Of a stretch of DNA of 64,000 nucleotides, positions 59,601-64,000 are shown in pieces; the stretch's first letter is position 1; each line of letters starts with the position of its first letter. The stretch covers positions 6,310 through 70,309 of the IMG/VR virus record IMGVR_UViG_3300034375_010899; one strand, given 5' to 3'. Source of the DNA: a virus. Under the pieces are notes generated by a model, which worked only from the letters and a program-made list of their open reading frames with translations, ran no database searches and was not told the DNA's origin. The position numbers were made by a program, and so were the translations under genes.

Positions 59601-60663
59601 ACTCGATGGATATAGCACTGCAACTGGAGGAAATGCAAATACTATTGCACTGAGAGATGGCAGTGGTCACTTGTATATGAACTATGGTTTCGCGGCATAC
59701 TTTAATATGAGCCATGGAACTGGTACTCGTACTGCCGATACTATTTTCTATTCCTCAACAGACAACTATATCAGAAAAAATAATGCAACTGGAATGAGAT
59801 CATCTCTCAATGTTCCAACAAGAACTGGTGGTGATGCTAGTGGAACTTGGGGAATTAATATTACAGGTAATGCTGCTACTGCTACTAGTGCTACTAGTGC
59901 TACTAGTTCCGATTACTTAACAGGTAATGCTTTTGCGACTACAGGATCGCCATCAAATGCTCTGGAGTATCAGCAATCTGCTAGTATTTCAGATACAAGA
60001 TTAGCACCCACTACAGATTGGTATAACACAATCAGAATGGGTCATGGAAATCCTTATAATTATTATAGCAATACTATTGCTATGCAAATGACCGGTACTG
60101 GTGCTGGTCAAATAAGGACTCAATTAATTTCAAATAATAGTCCACAAGGATGGAGAACTGTCTGGGATTCGTCGAACGATGGATCAGGTTCTGGATTAGA
60201 TGCAGATTTACTTGATGGTCTCAATGCTGCAACAACAGGTGCGAATACAATTGTAAGAACTGATGGTTCTGGAAATATTGCAGCATCTGGTAATGTCACA
60301 GCATACTCTTCTGATAGAAGACTGAAAGAAAACTTCAACCATATTGAATCTCCAGTTGAGAAAGTACAAAAACTTAATGGTTATACATTTGATTGGAATG
60401 AGAAATCAAAAGAACTTGGATTTACTCCAAAGTATGAAAAGAATGATATTGGTTTAATCGCACAAGAAGTTGAAGATATTCTTCCACAGGCAGTTGCACC
60501 AGCACCATTTGATACAAAATCAAATGGAGAATCTAAATCTGGAGAGAACTACTTAACAATTCAATATGAGAGACTTGTTCCATTGCTGGTTGAAGCAATT
60601 AAAGAACAACAAAATCAAATAAATAAATTGACTCAAGAAATTAATGAGTTGAAATCAAATTAA
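47632..60663 (+). CDS. giant collagen-like tail fibre with C-terminal intramolecular chaperone (peptidase S74), 4343 aa
   Basis: Six Gly-X-Gln/Thr triplet blocks; many GLDADLLDG / WHAGNDG repeats; terminal YSSDRRLKEN...GLIAQEV...LVPLLVEAIKE. Confidence 0.88.
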   Translation: MSKYLSNRQKNLKVGISSYSENKTTVEVVGKVGIGTAAATADLDINGDLRLRGSLYDRDNQVGSQGQVLVSTGAGATWTNIDGIETIENIINTTLTGVEIEEEGVGIGTGYHTINFVGAGVTATGAGTTATITFTQQVGIQGTQGVQGTQGIQGTQGIQGTQGTQGTQGVDGIQGTQGVQGTQGTQGLQGTQGVDGIQGTQGTQGVQGTQGVQGTQGTQGVQGTQGTQGIQGTQGIQGTQGTQGIQGTQGTQGTQGTQGTQGTQGIQGIQGTQGTQGTQGTQGLQGTQGLDGIQGTQGVQGTQGTQGTQGVQGTQGTQGVQGTQGVQGTQGTQGIQGTQGTQGTQGVQGTQGTQGVQGTQGTQGTQGVQGTTGPVAGSAEQVVYKDGSNNPAGSDNLTFNGNDLFVGRDVTIGRDLYVDGSVTIGGTSATLFTETLRISDADIILGYRTDSNGNDASTDTTANHGGVALASTEGTPLVSLNVAGIETLPPTYKKIMWFKEGTFSGLGTDAWLTNYALGIGLTDMLSGTALAVGGDIDIHGALYDTNHLKGDSGDILVSTGTGISWTDPYAAGIQGTQGVQGTQGTQGTQGVQGTQGTQGTQGTQGTQGAQGTQGTQGVQGTQGIQGTQGIQGTQGTQGVQGTQGVQGTQGTQGTTGVQGTQGVQGTQGVQGTQGVQGTQGTQGTQGIQGTQGVQGTQGVQGTQGTQGTQGIQGTQGVQGTQGVQGTQGTQGIQGTQGTQGTQGTQGTQGIQGIQGTQGTQGTQGTQGTQGTQGIQGTQGTQGTQGTQGIQGIQGIQGTQGTQGIQGTQGTQGTQGTQGTQGTQGIQGTQGTQGTQGTQGIQGIQGTQGTQGTQGIQGIQGTQGTQGVQGTQGTQGTQGTQGTQGIQGIQGTQGTQGTQGTQGTQGIQGIQGTQGVQGRQGTQGIQGTQGTQGTQGTQGTTGPVAGSANQVVYKNSSNIATGSTNLTFDGTSLYANQINGPATFVIDPTTIGDNSGTVVIKGDLQVDGQTTTINSTELIVDDLNITLASGAADSSAADGGGITLDGANASLTYASTGDKWVFNKAPYYNAARLLTTSDEGSGNGLDADTVDGLEASSFFRADTSNSVDVRLSIGNGRGVRFFDSDNYKIWMSSSNDSTWGGRLDSTSDFNMYFRMTGGTNRGFVFQNGTSELFQIESDGQVRVASNNIYAGNANTVWHAGNDGASSGLDADLLDGQEGSYYINTSANSQTKTGDLTLSGNLTLSGSFIDSTVSSGTTGYVLQSTLSGTEWVDPTTVAGLQGIQGTQGIQGTQGTQGTQGTQGTQGTQGTTGVQGTQGTQGLQGTQGTTGVQGTQGVQGTQGTQGLQGTQGTQGTQGIQGTQGVQGTQGVQGTQGTQGTQGTQGIQGIQGIQGTQGTQGVQGTQGTTGVQGTQGTQGTQGIQGTQGTTGVQGTQGTQGTQGVQGTQGTTGVQGTQGTQGTQGTQGVQGTQGTTGVQGTQGTQGTQGIQGTQGTQGTQGVQGRQGTTGPVAGSANQVVYKDASNNPAGSANLTFDGGTLTASNLTVTGASTFQGNVDLGDNDRLRFGDSQDLQIYHNGSNSVIQDTGTGSLILGGSNSVEIRNGAVNETAAKFITDGAVELYYDNSKKFETTADGILVNPNVGLGTTAGNADATQDLAVFKTTNSNSSLLKITETRDVDGTNWISAYTRIQKTTDVTDQAYIQFNGDGNTYGMEFGTIDDEKFAVFRRDAEVELYYDNSLKFETTDYGIYVTGAGNTSTIAGAANLVLDPTAVGDNTGTVIIKGDLQVDGDTTTINSTTLTVDDKNITLASGAVNAASADGAGITVDGSNATLTYASTGDKWVFNKAPYYNAARLLTTSDEGSGNGLDADTVDGLEASSFFRADAGNTVDARIAAANGRGIRFYDNDGYKIYMSSSADATWGGRLDTTSDFNMYFRMTGGTNRGFVFQNGTSELFQIESTGQLRVASNNIYAGNANIVWHAGNDGASSGLDADLLDGQQGSYYINTSANSQTKTGDLTLSGNLTLSGSFTDSAASSGTSGYVLKSTSTGTEWVDPTTVAGLQGIQGTQGIQGTQGTQGTQGTQGLQGTQGTTGVQGTQGTQGTQGLQGTQGTTGVQGTQGTQGTQGIQGTQGTQGIQGTQGTQGTQGVQGTQGTTGVQGTQGTQGTQGIQGTQGIQGTQGIQGTQGTQGTTGTTGVQGTQGTQGTQGLQGTQGTTGVQGTQGTQGTQGLQGTQGTTGVQGTQGTQGTQGLQGIQGTTGVQGTQGTQGTQGRQGTTGTTGTTGVQGTQGTQGTQGTQGIQGRQGTQGVQGTQGTQGTQGTQGTTGPVAGSANQVVYKNSSNIATGSANLTFDGTSLYANQINGPATFVIDPTTIGDNSGTVVVKGNLQIDGTTTTVNSTTVTIDDKNITLASGAANAAASDGGGITLDGSSASITYASTGDKWVFNKAPYYNAARLLTTSDEGSGNGIDADTVDGLQASSFFRADAGNSVDARIAAADGRGIRFYDNDAYKVYMSASGNTTWGGRLDTTSDFNMYFRMTGGTNRGFVFQNGTSELFQIESTGQLRVASNNIYAGNANIVWHAGNDGSGSGLDADLLDGQQGSYYINTSGTAQTKTGNLTISGEIIANTGNFISTVGIGTIIDIIPYDTLNSGTLSFEASAGQLFSITNNLTSGSIFSVNDVSGLPSIDVNADGTVQLAPFGSNEYVGVGVTNPTQKLHVNGNLRVTGAYYDSNNDAGTSGYVLKSTATGTDWVDPTTVAGLQGIQGTQGIQGTQGTQGTQGTQGRQGTTGIQGTQGTQGTQGRQGTTGTTGTQGTQGTQGIQGTQGTQGRQGTTGTTGTQGTQGTQGIQGTQGTQGRQGTTGTTGTQGTQGIQGRQGTTGTTGTQGTQGTQGTQGRQGTTGTTGTQGTQGTQGTQGRQGTTGPVAGSANQVVYKNSSNVPTGSSNFTFDGDTLTVNGDVSIASTVSIGTSIDIIPDNSTGTLSFEGSAGQLFSITNNLTTGSIFAVGDVTGIPSIDVDADGTIQLAPYGSTEYVGVGETNPTQKLHVNGNLRVTGAYYDSNNDAGTSGYVLKSTATGTDWVDPTTVAGLQGTQGTQGTQGRQGTTGTTGTTGTQGTQGIQGRQGTTGTTGTQGTQGIQGRQGTTGTTGTQGTQGIQGPGGLTTTNADTLDNLDSTAFFRANTGNTVDARFASADGRGVRFYDNDAYKVYMSTSGNTTWGGRLDSTSDFNMYFRMTGGTNRGFVFQNGTSELFQIESTGQLRVASNNIYAGNANTVWHAGNDGSGSGLDADLLDGYSASTTRNAANTIPVRDGNGYLQLGWINTTSGATTSTINKIYASNDDYIRYVTPATLISQLGIWTSGNDGSGSGLDADLLDGENLVDNAATANTVAGRNASGDIYARLIRQTFADQSTINGGIVFRTNSSSDNYLRVCNSTSAIRAYLNVPTRTGGDASGTWGINITGSAGTLDGIDSSQFLRSDADDTTTGNLVISDKYLRVGRPVSDTASMVRTNTALEVSSLGVDQTASQTNVMRLLRDGTSGVVYAGAADFDLYRHTASGVAPNVGLEIKLSTSDTSTYYSALKLQSNGVIQTGGNTIWHAGNDGAGSGLDADLLDGLQPSVSASNNTIVQRHSSGYIYANYFNTTPNDVTSGVTKVCVETGNDGFIRHGTAAAIRTFIGAGSGGGLDADLLDGQQGSYYLNYNNLSNKPTIPTNNNQLTNGAGYITSSGSITGSAGTLDGIDSSQFLRSDANDTFTGNLTTGADNHITFGPNSSWSSYLRVGGNGRTATGTEMASVVTTDGNLHLDAAASTNATYLNYYAGTQGVAFGSGNSATVAWMGPDGDLWKGSSDNSGSKYWHAGNDGAGSGLDADLLDGLSSGSFFRADAGNSVDARIAAADGRGIRFWDSDNYKIWMSASGNTTWGGRLDTTSDYNMYFRMTGGTNRGFVFQNGTSELFQIESTGQLRVASNNIYAGNANIVWHAGNDGSGSGLDADLLDGYSTATGGNANTIALRDGSGHLYMNYGFAAYFNMSHGTGTRTADTIFYSSTDNYIRKNNATGMRSSLNVPTRTGGDASGTWGINITGNAATATSATSATSSDYLTGNAFATTGSPSNALEYQQSASISDTRLAPTTDWYNTIRMGHGNPYNYYSNTIAMQMTGTGAGQIRTQLISNNSPQGWRTVWDSSNDGSGSGLDADLLDGLNAATTGANTIVRTDGSGNIAASGNVTAYSSDRRLKENFNHIESPVEKVQKLNGYTFDWNEKSKELGFTPKYEKNDIGLIAQEVEDILPQAVAPAPFDTKSNGESKSGENYLTIQYERLVPLLVEAIKEQQNQINKLTQEINELKSN
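48046..57093 (+). repeat. 9-bp GGN-ACT-CAR tandem arrays (collagen blocks)
   Basis: Blocks at about 48046-48753, 49345-50457, 51460-52149, 53800-54597, 55897-56388 and 56881-57093. Confidence 0.95.
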
Positions 60664-60676
60664 TTTCCTGATTTGT

Positions 60677-60684
60677 TATAAATA
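60677..60684 (+). promoter_or_regulatory. late promoter
   Basis: TATAAATA. Confidence 0.75.
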
Positions 60685-60706
60685 GTAAAAATAATTATTC
60701 AAAAAA

Positions 60707-60940
60707 ATGTCTGAAGAACAACAAAATTTGACAACTGCATTTGAAAGGCAAAGACAACTGGTTAATGAGATTAACCAGTTGAATACTGAAATTAACATCA
60801 GAAAAGAAAGTGCTTTGAAACTTCAAGGTATTATTGAATACCTTCAATCAAAGGGAGCTAAACTTCCAGAACCAGAAGTTATTCAAACATCAGAAGAAAC
60901 ATCAGAAGAAACATCAGAAAAAGGAACTGAAAATCAATGA
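60707..60940 (+). CDS. small coiled-coil protein
   Basis: Track ORF; KLQGIIEYL; TSEE x3 tail. Confidence 0.7.
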   Translation: MSEEQQNLTTAFERQRQLVNEINQLNTEINIRKESALKLQGIIEYLQSKGAKLPEPEVIQTSEETSEETSEKGTENQ

Positions 60941-61182
60941 GCATTACATATACAGTAGCAGACTATTCACCTAGTGATTCAACAGTCGAAGTTACTTACA
61001 CTAACGCGGAAGGTTATACTCATACAAGGACTATCAACATTCCACATTTGGAAGATGGTTCTATAGACGCAGATTATCTTCAAGAGATTTTTGAAGGTCA
61101 ACTCAGAGGAGTTGAGAATAAGGTTGCTGTTGGAGCAATTACTTTTGTTGATCCAAATGTTGGAATTGGAACAACTGCCTGA
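60937..61182 (+). CDS. hypothetical protein, possibly fibre assembly
   Basis: ATGA-coupled; lies between the fibre and adhesin-like genes. Confidence 0.7.
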   Translation: MSITYTVADYSPSDSTVEVTYTNAEGYTHTRTINIPHLEDGSIDADYLQEIFEGQLRGVENKVAVGAITFVDPNVGIGTTA

Positions 61183-61198
61183 AGGTAAATAAAAACTT

Positions 61199-63442
61199 AT
61201 GACACTACAAGGTTCTGGAGCAATATCTTTATCACAAATAGCAGGCGAGTTCGGTGGAAAGAATCCACTAGAGCTTGGTGAGTATCGTGGTCAAGATAAT
61301 GCTCCAACGACTGGTGCCATAAGTTTTTCCAATTTTTATGGGACCGATGGTATTCCTACAAGTGGTCTCCAATATCATTATGATGGTCAGATTTCTGAAC
61401 ATAATGATCCTTCAGCAGGAAATGTTCAAGATTTAGGTTCAAGTAACTATACTGGAACCTTGACCAATGGTGCTGCGTATAACACTGGAAACTTTGGTAA
61501 AGTAGTATTTGATGGCGTTGATGACTATGTAAATCTGTCTGGATATAATGGAGTTACTGGCACAACAGCAAGAACTTCCATTGTATTTTTTAAACTTGAT
61601 GCATCACCACCATCTGCAGTTCAAAGACTTTTAACTTGGGGAGACCCTACCACTAATGGTCAAAAGTGGGCAATGGAAATTACAACAGCAAGACAGATTA
61701 GATTAGCTATTGGAGGTGCTTCTAGATTAGCAACAAAACAATTGACCACAACTAATTGGAATATGATTGCTGCCACCTGTTCTGGTGGTTCTGGTGCGAG
61801 TGCACCATCTCCTATTTTTGACTTTCTTATAGCAGGAGACACTGTAGTTAGTGGAACTGGAGTTCCTGGTGGTACAACAGTTACTGCATTTAATAGTAGT
61901 GCAGGTACTATTACATTATCCAATAATCTTACGACTACATTATCCAATACTACTTTAACGTTCACCAACACTTATTTGCAAGCAAGTGGTGGTGGAGGTG
62001 GACAAAATCGTGGATCTGGTGGAAATGGTGGTACTGCTAGTGGTGCGGCAAGAGCAGCTGCATCACAAGGATCTGGCGGCCAAGGCGGCACCGGTTCTAA
62101 TAGGCAGAGTCCATTTTATTCTGGAGGCGGCGGCGGTGCTGGTGGATATACCGGCAATGGTGGTAGAGGTTGTGACCAAGACGGTAGCCCATCAGGAGCA
62201 GCAGGAACTGGTGGTGGTGGCGGCGGTGGCGGCCGAAGCGATGGTGGTGGTGGTGTAGAAGTATCCAATGGTCAAGGTACTTCGGGAAGTGGTGGAGGAA
62301 CAACCAATCCTGGTGGTGGAGGTTCTGGTGGTTCTGCAGGATCTGCTGGATCCGGTACTGGAGCTTCTGGTGGTAATTATGGTGGAGGAGGCGGTGGTGC
62401 CTATGGATCCGATAACAATGGTGGATCTGGTAGACCTGGTAGGGCAAGATTTGTTTGGGGTAGCTATTCATATCCCTCAAATGCTTCTTCATCTGCGTCA
62501 ACACAACAAACATTTGCCGGAAGTGGAACATTCACAGTTCCTAGTGGAGTAACATCAGTTTCTGCTGCAATTGTTGGTGGTGGCGGCGGTGGTGGTGGTT
62601 CGGAAGAAAGTGATGAAACCGGCGGCGGCGGTGGCGGCGGTGCTCTTTCATATGGAAGTTGGACTGTTTCTCCTGGCCAGCAATTCACAGTAACTATTGG
62701 TAGTGGCGGCAGCGGTGCCGGTGCTGGTAATGATGGAGGTTCTGGAGGAACTTCAAGTATTACCGGAACTGATACAGAAGCAGTATCAGGAACATCAGGA
62801 ACTAATACACTTACTGCTGCATCCGGTGCTGCTAATGATATTCCCAACATAACCTTATACCATAACGCACAAAAACTTACAAATTATAGTGATGTTGCTG
62901 GAGCTATTGACACATCAACGGGAACAAATGTTGCTATCGGTCGTGCCAATGCTGGAGCAGCAGGAAATGTTGATGGAGAGGTTGCCAAAGCATTAATTTA
63001 TAATAGAGAATTAACTCACGCAGAAGTTGCTCAGATATACAATGCAAAATGCGTGGCACTTGGACTATCTCAAGAAACAGCATCGACTGAAACTACATCA
63101 TCTCCTCCAACATATTCCATTACACAGACAGCAACAACAATTTATGAAACATCTGGTGCAGGATCTCCACAATCTACAACATTTACAATAACTACAACTA
63201 ATGTTGCAAATGGAACAACTCTATATTGGACTTGTGGTGGTGGTAATGTTTCATCTGCAGACTTTACTCAAAATACAACTTCCGGATCTTTCACTATTAA
63301 CAACAATACTGGTTCTGTAACTTTAACTGCCAGAAATGATGGAGTTGCCGACGATAAGGAAACATTCACATTAGAAGTTAGAACTGGAAGTACTTCGGGA
63401 ACAGTTGTAGCAACCAGTTCAACAATTACAATTAATGAATAA
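61199..63442 (+). CDS. glycine-rich, LamG-containing adhesin-like protein
   Basis: SGAISLSQIAGEFGG N-terminus; FDGVDDYV...IYNRELT..EV.QIYN LamG-like motifs; Gly-rich block; C-terminal Ig/Calx-beta-like domain. Confidence 0.78.
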   Translation: MTLQGSGAISLSQIAGEFGGKNPLELGEYRGQDNAPTTGAISFSNFYGTDGIPTSGLQYHYDGQISEHNDPSAGNVQDLGSSNYTGTLTNGAAYNTGNFGKVVFDGVDDYVNLSGYNGVTGTTARTSIVFFKLDASPPSAVQRLLTWGDPTTNGQKWAMEITTARQIRLAIGGASRLATKQLTTTNWNMIAATCSGGSGASAPSPIFDFLIAGDTVVSGTGVPGGTTVTAFNSSAGTITLSNNLTTTLSNTTLTFTNTYLQASGGGGGQNRGSGGNGGTASGAARAAASQGSGGQGGTGSNRQSPFYSGGGGGAGGYTGNGGRGCDQDGSPSGAAGTGGGGGGGGRSDGGGGVEVSNGQGTSGSGGGTTNPGGGGSGGSAGSAGSGTGASGGNYGGGGGGAYGSDNNGGSGRPGRARFVWGSYSYPSNASSSASTQQTFAGSGTFTVPSGVTSVSAAIVGGGGGGGGSEESDETGGGGGGGALSYGSWTVSPGQQFTVTIGSGGSGAGAGNDGGSGGTSSITGTDTEAVSGTSGTNTLTAASGAANDIPNITLYHNAQKLTNYSDVAGAIDTSTGTNVAIGRANAGAAGNVDGEVAKALIYNRELTHAEVAQIYNAKCVALGLSQETASTETTSSPPTYSITQTATTIYETSGAGSPQSTTFTITTTNVANGTTLYWTCGGGNVSSADFTQNTTSGSFTINNNTGSVTLTARNDGVADDKETFTLEVRTGSTSGTVVATSSTITINE

Positions 63443-63444
63443 TA

Positions 63445-64000
63445 ATGGAAAGAACTGTTGGAAGATTATTATATCCCCGTGGTCCTGGAAAGGACTATTT
63501 TAGTTATGAGGAAAATAAAAGAAGGCAAAATATATCAGATAGAACAGCACTCAAAAGAGCAGGTTATAAAAGACACCCAAAAAGTTTATCCCAAATAAAA
63601 TTTAAAAAAGGACACCATACATTTTCGGATTATCATTATACTAGAGTTATAATATATTCAGATTTATCTGATTATGTGACAAGAATTTTAAAAGTAAAAA
63701 CTCCAATACAGGGTGGAGTTACTCCTACTTGGAAAAGATCTCTTCACGCAAAACGAGTAAAAAGAAAAGTTGGTGGAGATAGAACTGAAAGAAAGGTATA
63801 TAATTTAACAGTGAGGTCAAAACAAGATATAACTGCTGTTGGTGTTTCTTTAATGGCACTTGGCAGAAGTTTCCATAGAGAAATTTTCATTGGTTGTCCA
63901 GAAACAATGAAAATATACGATGTAAAACCAGGATATTTATTAACATCAAGACCAACTTCACACTCAAGACTAAAACAATTTACAAAGTGTGGAGAAAATT
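63445..64000 (+). CDS. basic hypothetical protein, 3' partial
   Basis: ATG 63445, open to the window end (MERTVGRLLYPRGPGKDY...); K/R-rich. Confidence 0.65.
   Translation, partial: MERTVGRLLYPRGPGKDYFSYEENKRRQNISDRTALKRAGYKRHPKSLSQIKFKKGHHTFSDYHYTRVIIYSDLSDYVTRILKVKTPIQGGVTPTWKRSLHAKRVKRKVGGDRTERKVYNLTVRSKQDITAVGVSLMALGRSFHREIFIGCPETMKIYDVKPGYLLTSRPTSHSRLKQFTKCGEN

Overview
This is a 64 kb segment of a T4-like cyanobacterial myovirus (Kyanoviridae-like). The call rests on gp25-gp6-gp7-gp8 baseplate genes, gp13-gp16 neck, tail-terminator and small-terminase genes, TATAAATA late promoters and small ORFs typical of these phages. Layout: (1) 1-1.7 kb, small hypothetical genes; (2) a free-standing minus-strand GIY-YIG/NUMOD1 endonuclease; (3) a ~0.8 kb non-coding region (2.4-3.2 kb) with two strand-asymmetric repeat arrays and convergent promoters, a candidate origin; (4) a visibly more GC-rich early island (3.2-9.7 kb) of ~20 tiny genes. 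The island is built as cassettes carrying a fixed-spacing TGTGCCA-N10-TGGCACA-type palindrome, several also with a terminator and TTCTTTATAC box, and it includes an ArdA-like gene, a KxDG ligase-fold gene, a putative structured sRNA and a 52-nt tRNA-like mini-RNA; (5) late structural genes (12.2-42.2 kb); (6) a >21 kb fibre island after g16 with a 4343-aa collagen-like (Gly-X-Gln) fibre ending in an S74 chaperone, followed by a glycine-rich/LamG adhesin-like gene whose insert appears circularly permuted. All product calls come from motif recognition and synteny by eye; no database searches were run.
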